From the NCBI GenBank assembly GCA_023409675.1, contig JAEYRC010000393.1, positions 6,621-70,620 on the forward strand: DNA of 64,000 nt, written 5' to 3'. Below the pieces are notes generated by a model. That model saw nothing but the letters and a program-made list of their open reading frames with translations, searched no databases and was not told where the DNA came from. Shown here in pieces: positions 18,801 through 27,052 of the stretch (the stretch's first letter is position 1; each line of letters begins with the position of its first letter). The translations under genes and the position numbers were made by a program. The DNA comes from Bacteroidota bacterium. Lineage in GTDB: Bacteria; Bacteroidota; Bacteroidia; Chitinophagales; Chitinophagaceae.

Positions 18801-18882
18801 CAATAACACCGACGGATACCTGAGTTTTCGCCAGGTTCCGCCCTACAGAACTGTCGGCATAAACCTCGACATCACCTTTTAA
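15805..18882 (+). CDS. SusC/RagA family TonB-linked outer membrane protein
   Basis: 1025 aa. The order is signal peptide, CarboxypepD_reg-like domain (GSVKNAKQEALAGATISINGS...), TonB-box-like EVIVTGALG, plug motif (VLKGANAAALYGSEGVNGAIMITTK), and a C-terminal beta-barrel ending in an aromatic residue. Confidence 0.9.
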   Translation: MNTDRMISRVLLIVVFIAGISPLAAQQILLKGSVKNAKQEALAGATISINGSEKSIFTDAEGRFTLPAQKGDLIRASYIGYRSAEIRIQEDTDVPVTFTLSPDEETLQEVIVTGALGIKRSARKFGASATVVGHDELNQGKTVNPLFGLTSKVSGLRINMYDSKVDPQIQINLRGSRSLSRSAGIDGRNPNAPIYVVDGMPIPDISRLNPNDIESISVLKGANAAALYGSEGVNGAIMITTKSGRKGAGQVRFSHTSTLSSVYLLPPAQTRYGQGNNGVYDPTQYESWGPEFDGTMKDFGLPLPDGTQPQLLYAAPEKDNRRELFQHGLTQQYDLSFSGGDDRSTYFMSGQHVAIKGIIPNDKSNRTSLRFNGSRKFGALKTSYALNYIHNNKNTTPDGPWVGAYRLPANYDFSMMKDWNDPNSPGNPLNYFTSQGSWLRNPYFLIDNIRDESRQQTLNGKIELDYTFAPWFKALYRAGLYTMQDETRSSTRKFEAPGTRNTVGRVNDGVNSYQRINSDLILNFEKKTDRFSANLLLGQNIRSDNRKQTSIGAGNLLYPDILNPDSREGELTGSVGITEYRSAAAYGELTIGYNDFLYLTVTGRNDWVSVLSPENRSYFYPGISLSFIASDALEFLRNSQAVSYAKLYASWNKTGNVTLSPYQLNNAYTQQNGFPFGGMVGFLPGLTNPNANIQPEFVTSYEAGMQISLLNNRLHLEGAYAYSDSKGQIFNATTSSSTGYNSARVNAGRLTNRVIELSVSGQLIKRQQSSWTLGFNFTHIDNRVRELYEGLNSINNFRQSYAVIGQQFPSLLVSDYKRDPQGRVVVDAATGDPLIAADNTHLGTLVPPFQMGISNQLSIGRFALGAQFDWRMGGWLYSEIVPAMYAAGTDPRTAAYDRQPFVWPNSVVQLQDGKYQANTDLKTSGGGRAFWSKQGEVQINTAAPSDFFKLRELNLSYTFSPQLFGNGRFIREASIALIATNLFILRHADNRYGDPEYLYNNTDGYLSFRQVPPYRTVGINLDITF

Positions 18883-18904
18883 TTCATCGCATATATATAG
18901 TAGA

Positions 18905-20419
18905 ATGAAATTTTCATCCAGCATATTGTTAGCGCTATTAACCGCCTTTAGTTTCAGTTCATGTGAGAAATTTCTCGATGTGAACACGAATCCGAACGCG
19001 CCGGTGTCTGAGACCTTACCCCTCAGCGCCAAATTACCAGCGGCACTGGTAAGCACCGTTAACCAGGAAATCCTTCAGCTCAACCAGATTGGCGGTTTCT
19101 GGGGTGGTTACTGGGGTACCACCAATGAAGGCATCAGTATGTTTATCGATCTGAAAACCTATAACGGCCCTGCGATCCGGCATCAGCGCGATGGTATTCC
19201 GGTTTGGGAAAAAGGATTTAATAACCTGTTGTATTATCAGTTGATCATCGATCAGGCTGAATCAGGAGGTTTTTCATTTTATGCCGGCATAGCCCGTATC
19301 ATGCAGGGCTGGCATTTTTTGCGGCTGGTAGATCTCTATAATAATATTCCCTTTGATGATGCACTTAAGCCAAATCGGACCACCACACCGGTCTATGAAG
19401 AGGGGGAGACAGTGTATAAAAAATCCATTGCCCTTATTACGCGTGGAATAAATGACATTGCCTCAGCGATGCCGGGGGCAGGACCGGGTAAGGATGATGT
19501 ACTTTTTGAGGGCAACACCCTGTTATGGAAAAAGTTTGGCAATACCCTGAAATTGCGGGCATTGATACGCCAGAGTGAAACGGGAAATGGGGCCTATATC
19601 CGTGAACAGATTACGATAATCGAACAGGAAGGCAGCGGTTTTCTTGGTGCCGGAGAACATGCGTTGATCAATCCCGGTTATCTTAATTCCAATGGAAAGC
19701 TCAATCCTTTCTGGGAGAATTACTACCGTAATGTAGAAGGCGTGGCTACAGCCAATTACCAGGATATCCGACCAACCAGCTTTGTATTAGAGCAGTATGA
19801 TACACGAAATGACCCCCGATTGCAGCGTTTGTACGTATCCGTGAACGGAAGCTTCAATGGCGTTCAGTTTGGTAATCCCGATGTGGACCCGCTTTATAGT
19901 CGAAATCAGACTTCCGCCTTCAAAGGGCCTGCCGAAAATGGTGGTGCAGCCGCGGGTTTATTCAAAAGTCCGACACAGGATGCGGTGCTGATGAGTTCTT
20001 TTGAAAGTTTGTTCCTGCAGGCAGAAGCTGCTCAACGCAATTGGATCACTACCGGAACAACGGAAGGATTTTATAACCAGGCCATCCGGGAATCCTTCAG
20101 TTATCTTGGGGTACCTGCAGAATCGCTGAACCCATATCTGGAACAATCCATTGTTGACCTTAATTCGGCGAACAATAAGATCGGGCGAATTATTGAGCAG
20201 AAATGGCTGGCGCTGAACAGTATTTCTTCCATAGAGGGATGGAATGATTTCCGGAGGCTGGGTATTCCATCCATTCCAAACTCAAAAGAATATTCCGCGG
20301 CGGATGTATTTCCCCTTCGTTTAATGTATCCTGAAACGGAGCGTATGACGAATAATGAAAATACGTCTAAGCAGGGAAATGATGATATGTTGGGTGCTCC
20401 GGTTTGGTGGGACCGTTAG
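18905..20419 (+). CDS. SusD/RagB family nutrient-binding outer-membrane lipoprotein
   Basis: 504 aa with lipobox FSFSSC|EKFLDVNTNPN, the typical SusD N-terminus. It lies immediately downstream of SusC, with a 22-nt gap. Confidence 0.85.
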   Translation: MKFSSSILLALLTAFSFSSCEKFLDVNTNPNAPVSETLPLSAKLPAALVSTVNQEILQLNQIGGFWGGYWGTTNEGISMFIDLKTYNGPAIRHQRDGIPVWEKGFNNLLYYQLIIDQAESGGFSFYAGIARIMQGWHFLRLVDLYNNIPFDDALKPNRTTTPVYEEGETVYKKSIALITRGINDIASAMPGAGPGKDDVLFEGNTLLWKKFGNTLKLRALIRQSETGNGAYIREQITIIEQEGSGFLGAGEHALINPGYLNSNGKLNPFWENYYRNVEGVATANYQDIRPTSFVLEQYDTRNDPRLQRLYVSVNGSFNGVQFGNPDVDPLYSRNQTSAFKGPAENGGAAAGLFKSPTQDAVLMSSFESLFLQAEAAQRNWITTGTTEGFYNQAIRESFSYLGVPAESLNPYLEQSIVDLNSANNKIGRIIEQKWLALNSISSIEGWNDFRRLGIPSIPNSKEYSAADVFPLRLMYPETERMTNNENTSKQGNDDMLGAPVWWDR

Positions 20420-20439
20420 AATTCAGAATAGTTTCAATT

Positions 20440-20886
20440 TTAGGCCCGGGCTAATTTCCGGTGAATTAAATAATCAACCGAAAACCTTCCGCCCCCACTC
20501 ATGAGTAATACGCTATACCCTATCAGGTATAGGAGAGCTGGTTCTTGCATGGAAAACGGATCGTTGGCATGAAAGACAAAGGCTGCCACCAGCATGGTTA
20601 TGATCAGTGGAATGACGGCTAAGCGGGTAGCAAGACCGAATATCAGGAGGAGGGAACATCCAATTTCCGTTAAGACTGCCATGCCTAAACTCAATTCTGC
20701 GCTTAAGCCAAATACAGGAGGAAACTGAATTGCAGAGCCTGACAACAGCATATTTAGTTTTGGAATGCCGTGTGTTAGCATAAAGATGCCGGTACCCAGA
20801 CGGGCAATCAGAAGTGCTGTATCTATTGACCAGGCAGATGGTGATGGTTGAAATAATTTATTTGTCATTTGATAAGTTTTAAACAT
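20440..20886 (-). CDS. DoxX family membrane protein
   Basis: 148 aa with 4 TM helices. It has the DoxX-like LIARLGTGIFMLTHGIPK motif. Confidence 0.8.
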   Translation of the reverse strand: MFKTYQMTNKLFQPSPSAWSIDTALLIARLGTGIFMLTHGIPKLNMLLSGSAIQFPPVFGLSAELSLGMAVLTEIGCSLLLIFGLATRLAVIPLIITMLVAAFVFHANDPFSMQEPALLYLIGYSVLLMSGGGRFSVDYLIHRKLARA

Positions 20887-21029
20887 CCCTCCTTTAAAAT
20901 TGAAGGTGGACTAATAATCCGTATTCGAACAAAAGGTTGAAGATATCCGGGCCTGCTACAGTGGATGTAATCGGCCCGGAATATTTACCATGTACGGGGA
21001 TGATATAATTTGGTTTCTAAGCTTCTGTA

Positions 21030-21602
21030 TTAGCGGGTGAATTCTCCATCCGCTTTAATGCGCACGATATTGCTGATCATAGGGGGTGGAAAATCATTTC
21101 CCAGGCTGAAATCACGGCGATCAATTTCTCCGATGAGTTGAAAACCTGCGGTGGGTTTTTTATTACCCGGATTTTCAATTGTTCCCCGATAAAGCAAATC
21201 CATAGTTACAGACTTGGTTATGCCATGCAGGGTTAGATCCCCTGTTATAGCGTATTTGTTCTTACCGGATTTTTTAATCGATGTACTTTTATAATGGATT
21301 TCCGGATACTGCTCTACGTTAAAGAAGTCGGCACTCTTCAGGTGGTTATCCCGGGCTTCTACACGGGTATCAATGGAGTTTGCTTTTACGACAAGTTCAA
21401 AAACAGCATCGCTAAAATCAGGTTTTGAAGACTGAACGCTGACATCAAAATCATTAAATGTTCCTGACACATCAGAGATGCCCAGGTGAGTAACGGTAAA
21501 GCTTAGTTGTGAATGCGCGTCATCATTTTGCCAGCTGGTATAAGCGCCGGTAAAAGCGGTTAAGGATACAACTATTGCAAGAAATAAAAAGAACCTTTTC
21601 AT
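21030..21602 (-). CDS. YceI family periplasmic protein
   Basis: 190 aa with a signal peptide. It has the YceI-like motifs H(S)QLSFTVTHLGISDVSGTF and LTLHGITKSV. Confidence 0.85.
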   Translation of the reverse strand: MKRFFLFLAIVVSLTAFTGAYTSWQNDDAHSQLSFTVTHLGISDVSGTFNDFDVSVQSSKPDFSDAVFELVVKANSIDTRVEARDNHLKSADFFNVEQYPEIHYKSTSIKKSGKNKYAITGDLTLHGITKSVTMDLLYRGTIENPGNKKPTAGFQLIGEIDRRDFSLGNDFPPPMISNIVRIKADGEFTR

Positions 21603-21668
21603 AATTTTTGTGTTTTGTGCGGTTGTTAAATTGTTTATTATAAAATCGTTATTATAGTGATAGTTTAA

Positions 21669-22331
21669 TTAGTGATGAACTAATTTCCAACTTGCGGTTT
21701 GCCGAAAGTCATATTGCCTGTCCAGCTGCAACAATAACTGATGCATTTGTTCCAGAATTCTGCTGTATTTAAGGTCACCGGCAATTAGCGGATTAAACCC
21801 GGCTATTTCCGTAAGCTCAGCCACCTCCCCGAGGGCTTCCCGATCATTTCCGGCAAGGAAAACATCAGGTCGCTGGGCTTTATGTTCAGTGCTGAAAAAT
21901 GTTTGAGCAGAAACGGTATTGAACGCACTTACCACTTTGGTATAAGGAAGCAATTGTTGCAGTTCCTCTGCAGCACTATTAGCTTCAGGCGTTAACGAAC
22001 GGGTATTTATTTCGTCATATTTATTCGCAATGGAAAGAACGATCTTCTGATTGGCCACTTCCCGGATCTTTTCTGCAACCAGATGCTGGGCTGCATAGGC
22101 CACTGCAGGAATTATAATATCCGCTTCCCAACAGGCTTCATTGGAGCAGGTCGCGATTTCAATATCCGCTTCCGGCATTCTGTTTCGGATAGCTGTTTTC
22201 AGCGCGTCTGCATTGCCGTTAAGTTCGCTTTTCAGCAATATCCGGTAATTGCCCGCTGCGAGGCGATGGGCCAGTGCTGTACCCATGTTGCCGGTTGCTC
22301 CGATTATCGCTATGGTTTGTTTTGTTTTCAT
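21669..22331 (-). CDS. NAD(P)-binding oxidoreductase (NADPH-dependent F420 reductase / P5C-reductase-like fold)
   Basis: 220 aa with an N-terminal Rossmann motif IAIIGATGNMGTALA. Its size and layout match the NADP_oxidoreductase_coenzyme-F420-dependent family. Confidence 0.7.
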   Translation of the reverse strand: MKTKQTIAIIGATGNMGTALAHRLAAGNYRILLKSELNGNADALKTAIRNRMPEADIEIATCSNEACWEADIIIPAVAYAAQHLVAEKIREVANQKIVLSIANKYDEINTRSLTPEANSAAEELQQLLPYTKVVSAFNTVSAQTFFSTEHKAQRPDVFLAGNDREALGEVAELTEIAGFNPLIAGDLKYSRILEQMHQLLLQLDRQYDFRQTASWKLVHH

Positions 22332-22351
22332 TTTCTTCCGATCTGACCATG

Positions 22352-22359
22352 CAAAGGTA
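22352..22359 (-). promoter_or_regulatory. Candidate -7 promoter box (TACCTTTG on minus strand) for the oxidoreductase-YceI-DoxX operon
   Basis: Exact TAnnTTTG match 21 nt upstream of the ATG at 22331. Confidence 0.4.
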
Positions 22360-22672
22360 GACCGGCATACAGGCCTTATCCATTGCCTTGAAGCAAGTAA
22401 TTATGTTGATTAGAATCAATGACTAGGCGAAGCGCAGCAAGATCAGCTTAACTTAAAGAAAGATGGATCCACTTGTTGAATTTTTAAAGAATTGTTATTG
22501 GCGGACGGAGACAGGGGAATGATATAGATTGTTAATTGCCGGCTGTTCGCGCGGTATGCCAGCAAGGCGATAGGAGAGGAGGTATGTGTCCAAATTTGTA
22601 ATGGTGTAAATACATTGTTATGGTGATGAAAACTACCGGGTTGTTAGGAGCAGGTTGGATAGTTTTGATTTG

Positions 22673-22866
22673 CTGAAACATATCAACGATTGACTGTTCC
22701 TGATCCGGACCGGTGGGAAGGGGGATAGTAAAAGGCAGAGCGGAAGTACTGACCCATCAGGGAAGCTAATTTCATTCTGAAAAATGGTGTGTTGGAGGTG
22801 GGGGAGGGAGGGCCCTGTGCCATACCGTTAAATCACGGAAAAACTGCGGTGAAAGAACTGTTGCAA
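22673..22866. repeat. Copy A of an unclassified ~190-nt dispersed element (candidate structured ncRNA or element remnant)
   Basis: Counted by eye against 38905-39099. Block 1 (22673-22705) differs from its partner only by a 2- vs 3-nt insert. Block 2 (22784-22828) matches 44 of 46 positions. The inter-block spacer is 78 vs 77 nt at about 60% identity. Block 2 contains a G-rich tract, ggaggtgggggagggaggg. Confidence 0.8.
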
Positions 22867-23302
22867 TGTGTTTAAAACAGGTTTTGGTATTGACTAAAAA
22901 ACAAAACTCACTCAGAAAAACACATACCACAGAATTGCTCCTGATCTAGTAGAACTCGTATGAAATGCGAAAAACTATTTCTATACCTTGTAACTATAAA
23001 AGGAAAAAACACAGTGTAATAAAAGACACTGATAAGTAACGATCATTCAGGGTTGAGAAATGTGTAAATCCTGATGGGGATGAATATAACTGCAGTGGTT
23101 AAAGGCAATAGTAACATTATATAGACTGCTTTATGTCCGGAATTCTCCTGTATACAGAGGACTGTTGCCTATGTAATTACATTTTGCCTTTCAGTGCTAT
23201 GAAATGTCCGACTGCAGGCGGAATATTTAGCATTGCGCAAAGCTCATTTCAGACAAGCCATGTAGTTTCAGGAATTCTCTTAAATCGGCCTGCAGGCTAA
23301 GC

Positions 23303-23881
23303 TTATTTTGCAGAAATCCGCTTTCGCACCCGGCTAAGCGTTTCCGGCGTAAGCCCCATATAGGAAGCAATCATATGCTGGGGAACCCGTTGAACAATAT
23401 CAGGATACAGCGCAATGAATTGCGCATAACGTTCATCAATAGGCGAACTTATAACAGACATTAACCGTTTTTGCATAGCCAGGTATGCACCGGTTATGTT
23501 AATTCGGGTATAGGTTTCATATTTGGGAAATTCAATAAGCATCTGATCGTGCGCGGTCTTACTGATCAGCACCAGTTCCGAATCTTCTATGGCATCAATA
23601 TTATAGGTGGCCGGCTCACCGGTTATAAAACTGAAGAGGTCGGAAATTGTCCAACCCTCCAATCCAAACTGCAGTATATGTTCATTTCCGGTATCATCCA
23701 CTGTATAGGCTTTCAGGGCTCCTTTTTCAATAAAAGCAATGTTTTTGCATACATCCCCCTCCTGAAGTAAATATTGCTTCCTGCGCAACTTCTTGGGCTT
23801 AAGAAAATGCTTTATTTCCTCTTCCTCCTGGTGGGTAAGCTGAACTCTTTCATTAAAATGCCGGAAAAACAACTCGTACAT
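23303..23881 (-). CDS. Crp/Fnr family transcriptional regulator
   Basis: 192 aa. It has a cNMP-binding beta-roll (LLQEGDVCKNIAFIEKGALKAY) and a C-terminal HTH (IASYMGLTPETLSRVRKR). Confidence 0.85.
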   Translation of the reverse strand: MYELFFRHFNERVQLTHQEEEEIKHFLKPKKLRRKQYLLQEGDVCKNIAFIEKGALKAYTVDDTGNEHILQFGLEGWTISDLFSFITGEPATYNIDAIEDSELVLISKTAHDQMLIEFPKYETYTRINITGAYLAMQKRLMSVISSPIDERYAQFIALYPDIVQRVPQHMIASYMGLTPETLSRVRKRISAK

Positions 23882-24060
23882 CCAAAAGCCGGTTTAAAAT
23901 TCCGGTTCATTTAAAATTAGTTTAAATCATGGAGACCAATCGCATAGGCGAAAAAAAGTCTAAAAAGGTTTTCCGGTCCTCCCCCTGGAAGATCCAATTT
24001 CTCCCCAAATACTAAAATATTTAGCAAAATGCACTAATTTGCAGGCTTAAACCCGTTATT

Positions 24061-24465
24061 ATGATAAACAGTTTTCCCATGACCGTTCCGGCGGGTTTTC
24101 CATCTCCCGCAATGGATTATACTGAAGAGCGGATCGATCTGAATAAAGAACTGATTCCGCATCCACTGGCCACCTTCATGGTGGAATGTACCGGTGATTC
24201 TATGATTAATGCCTTTATTCCGCCGAAGGCGAAACTGATCATTGACCGCTCCATTTCACCCAATAACGGCGATATCGTTTTGGCCGTGGTTAACGGTGAG
24301 TTCACGGTGAAATTTTTGAAAAAGAATGATTTTAAATGCTGGCTCATCCCTGCCAATTCTAAATACCCTGAAATTCAGATCACCGGCGACATGGAGCTGG
24401 TGATCTGGGGAGTGGTAACAGCAATCATAACCGATCCTAAAGATGTTCGAAGATGTATGCTTTAG
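24061..24465 (+). CDS. umuD: UmuD-like S24 peptidase (translesion polymerase V accessory subunit)
   Basis: It aligns closely with E. coli UmuD: VPA|GFPSPAMDYTEERIDLN vs VQC|GFPSPAADYVEQRIDLN. It has the Ser nucleophile in TGDSM and the Lys in GEFTVKFL. There is no LexA-type DNA-binding domain. Confidence 0.88.
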   Translation: MINSFPMTVPAGFPSPAMDYTEERIDLNKELIPHPLATFMVECTGDSMINAFIPPKAKLIIDRSISPNNGDIVLAVVNGEFTVKFLKKNDFKCWLIPANSKYPEIQITGDMELVIWGVVTAIITDPKDVRRCML

Positions 24466-25715
24466 TTGATGGCAATAATTTTTACTGCTCCTGCGAGCGG
24501 GTATTCAATCCCAAACTTAATGGGCGGCCGGTTATTGTTTTATCCAATAATGATGGATGCGCCATTGCCCGCAGTGATGAAGCCAAGGCACTGGGCATTG
24601 GTATGGGCACGCCTGCTTTTATGATCGAACCCCTTATCCGCCAGTACCAGGTTGCCGTATTCAGTTCCAACTATACCCTCTATGGCGATATGAGCGATCG
24701 CATGATGCAGATCCTGGGCGGATTTTGTCCCAGGATGGAAATCTATTCAATCGACGAAACCTTTCTTGATCTGCACGACCTGCCCTATGCCGATCTCCTG
24801 CAACTGGCGCTTAACATGCGCCGCAGGGTTTTACGCTATATCGGCATACCCACTTCTGTCGGCATTGCACCCACAAAAACCCTGGCCAAAATGGCGAACC
24901 GCTATGCCAAAAAAAAGTGCCGCGATACCGGCGTGTTCTGGGCCGCAAATGATCAGCTCATCCATGAAATGCTGGCGGCAACACCGGTTGGCGATATATG
25001 GGGAATCGGCAGTCAGTATGCGGCTTTTTTAAAGCGCAATGGATTTGAAACTGCCGAACAGTTTGCCACTGCTCCGGAAGATTGGGTTCGGGGAAATATG
25101 AGTGTTGTAGGCCTGCGTCTGCTGCATGAATTACGGGGAATGCCTTCCATACAACCAGAGTTTGAACCGGCTGATAAGAAAAATATTCGCACCTCACGGT
25201 CTTTCGGTTCACCCTTAACCACGCATGCCGATGTGGCCGAAGCGCTGGCGAATTTCGCGGCAACCTGCGCAGCCAAACTAAGAACGCAGAAGAGCTGTTG
25301 CCGGATGCTGGAAGTGTTTCTGGAAACCAACCCCCATAACCGCGAACAGCCACAATACATGCGCAGCATCCGCATTAAGCTCGAACGCGCGTCAAATAAT
25401 ACGGCGGAAATCATAAAATCCGCGTTAAACGGACTGCGAATGATCTATAAACCGAATTATCAGTTTAAGAAAACCGGCTTAATTGCTATGGACCTGATTC
25501 CAGAAACGGAAGTGCAGACCAGTTTGTTTGATACGGCGAACAGTATTCGTGATAAACGCATGATGGATACCCTCGACGCGATCAATAAAGCGATGGGAAA
25601 AGAGACGCTGCGAATGGCAACACAGGGTTTTGAAAAACGTTATCGCCTCCGGGCCGAACATTTGTCACAAGCCTATACCACCAATATGCAACAGCTTTTA
25701 AAAATCAACAATTGA
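24453..25715 (+). CDS. umuC: Y-family DNA polymerase, UmuC-like
   Basis: The N-terminus MYALVDGNNFYCSCERVFNPKLNGRPVIVLSNNDGCAIARSDEAKALGI is near-colinear with E. coli UmuC. It overlaps umuD by 13 nt. Confidence 0.9.
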   Translation: MYALVDGNNFYCSCERVFNPKLNGRPVIVLSNNDGCAIARSDEAKALGIGMGTPAFMIEPLIRQYQVAVFSSNYTLYGDMSDRMMQILGGFCPRMEIYSIDETFLDLHDLPYADLLQLALNMRRRVLRYIGIPTSVGIAPTKTLAKMANRYAKKKCRDTGVFWAANDQLIHEMLAATPVGDIWGIGSQYAAFLKRNGFETAEQFATAPEDWVRGNMSVVGLRLLHELRGMPSIQPEFEPADKKNIRTSRSFGSPLTTHADVAEALANFAATCAAKLRTQKSCCRMLEVFLETNPHNREQPQYMRSIRIKLERASNNTAEIIKSALNGLRMIYKPNYQFKKTGLIAMDLIPETEVQTSLFDTANSIRDKRMMDTLDAINKAMGKETLRMATQGFEKRYRLRAEHLSQAYTTNMQQLLKINN

Positions 25716-26224
25716 TGGAACAGCCCTTTCTCCCATTCAACCCTTTTTTCCTGAAACGGCTGCTGGCTATGAAGAAATCCTACCTTGTAACGCAGACCAA
25801 TACCCGACAATTGCCAGCAACGCCTGGCGAGAAGAATGGGAAAATATCTCTGCTGCTATCGGATTATTCCGATTATGCCATGGCCAAAACGCATTGGGAT
25901 GCCCTGAAAACAGATCCCTGGCGGGCAGTGATTGATATGAATAATCCGGTGCATCAGGAAAAACTGCATCGGATGATGGAGGAAGATTCAGACTATCAGC
26001 TCTTCTGGGCGGTGGTCGACAATATGGAAAAACTGCAAACCCACATCAACAAAAAGTATTCAGCCCATTTAAAACGTTATATAGAACAAAAGACCAGTTG
26101 GCGCATTGGCAGCGCCCATTCGCTGCGGCCCTCGCTTCAGTTAATCTTTGGCGAACTTTTTATCGTGCTGAAATTCTCCGGACAAACTTTAAGAGTTAAA
26201 TTCACGGAAATAGAAAGCAGCTGA
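25715..26224 (+). CDS. Hypothetical protein (169 aa) embedded in the umuDC-SRAP operon
   Basis: The ATG at 25715 shares one nucleotide with the umuC TGA stop (tTGATGg). Its own stop lies 2 nt before the next ATG. I recognise no motif. Confidence 0.55.
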   Translation: MEQPFLPFNPFFLKRLLAMKKSYLVTQTNTRQLPATPGEKNGKISLLLSDYSDYAMAKTHWDALKTDPWRAVIDMNNPVHQEKLHRMMEEDSDYQLFWAVVDNMEKLQTHINKKYSAHLKRYIEQKTSWRIGSAHSLRPSLQLIFGELFIVLKFSGQTLRVKFTEIESS

Positions 26225-26226
26225 TC

Positions 26227-27015
26227 ATGTGCTACGACATTTCCTTTACCATCGATATTCCCCAGCTCAGTGATTATTTTCCCGACATGATCTTTGATGA
26301 GCAACTGGAATTGAACTTCGACGGCGTGCATATCATGGGGCATGCATTCGGACTTCACCCGGTATTGTATATTAACCGCGACGATAACCGGATACACTGC
26401 CGTTCAATGGAATGGGGCTGCATTCCCTATTATATAAAAGATGAAAAGGCCTGGGTCAGAAATCGCTCCGGCATGCTCAATGCCCGCAGCGAACGAATTT
26501 TGGAGGATACAAAAAGTTATTGGTACAAGATCAGAAACCGGCGCTGCCTGATTCCGGTGTCGGGGTTCTATGAGCACCGCGAAATTAAAGGTTGGAAAAA
26601 GAAAGTGCCGTATTTTATCCGTCTGAAGTCGGAGCCGCTTTTCTTCATTCCCGGGCTGTATTCTGTGGCAGAATTGCCTGACCGGGAAACAGGAGAATTG
26701 ATAAAGCGCTGGACCTTCACCCTTATTACCCGCAGTGCCAATGCGGTTATGGCCCGGATTCATAACAGCGGAGAAAATAAAGGTAGAATGCCGTTGATGC
26801 TGCCCTTCGATGTGGCTATGGAATGGGTGGAAACGGACCTGGATGAACAGCGGTACCGCGACATTCTTCACTTTGAAATGCCTCCTGAAGCGCTGGATTT
26901 CCATCCTGTATTTACAATTCGCAGTCCGAAACCAAGACCCGATGATCAACCGAAAAACACCATCTGGCAGTGGGAAAATTTACCTGCCCTGGATGATGCA
27001 GCTTCAGAAGCCTGA
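26227..27015 (+). CDS. SOS-response-associated peptidase (SRAP / YedK-like abasic-site crosslinking protein)
   Basis: It starts MCYD, giving the catalytic Cys2 that defines SRAP. It has the conserved MLNARSE and CLIPVSGFYE(H) blocks. The size, 262 aa, is typical. Confidence 0.85.
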   Translation: MCYDISFTIDIPQLSDYFPDMIFDEQLELNFDGVHIMGHAFGLHPVLYINRDDNRIHCRSMEWGCIPYYIKDEKAWVRNRSGMLNARSERILEDTKSYWYKIRNRRCLIPVSGFYEHREIKGWKKKVPYFIRLKSEPLFFIPGLYSVAELPDRETGELIKRWTFTLITRSANAVMARIHNSGENKGRMPLMLPFDVAMEWVETDLDEQRYRDILHFEMPPEALDFHPVFTIRSPKPRPDDQPKNTIWQWENLPALDDAASEA

Positions 27016-27052
27016 TATTCTATTATTGTAATTGGGAATAAAATTAACGAAC

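Noticed and set aside
22784-22828. The reverse complement of block 2 (…ccctccctcccccacctccaacacacc) superficially resembles the 3' acceptor end of a tRNA or tmRNA (…CCCCCACCTCCACCA).
   Set aside because: There is no GTTCRANYC T-loop and no complementary 5' acceptor strand. There is no tag-peptide reading frame and no resume codon context. The two copies differ by indels exactly where an acceptor stem would need to be preserved.
22706-22830. Short ORFs on the minus strand of the repeat (MAQGPPSPTSNTPFF… in copy A; track ORF 38779-38976 and MAKGPPLPHLQHT… in copy B) might encode a small protein.
   Set aside because: One-nucleotide indels between the copies put the homologous DNA in different frames, so the peptide sequences are unrelated. 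The conservation is at the nucleotide level only.
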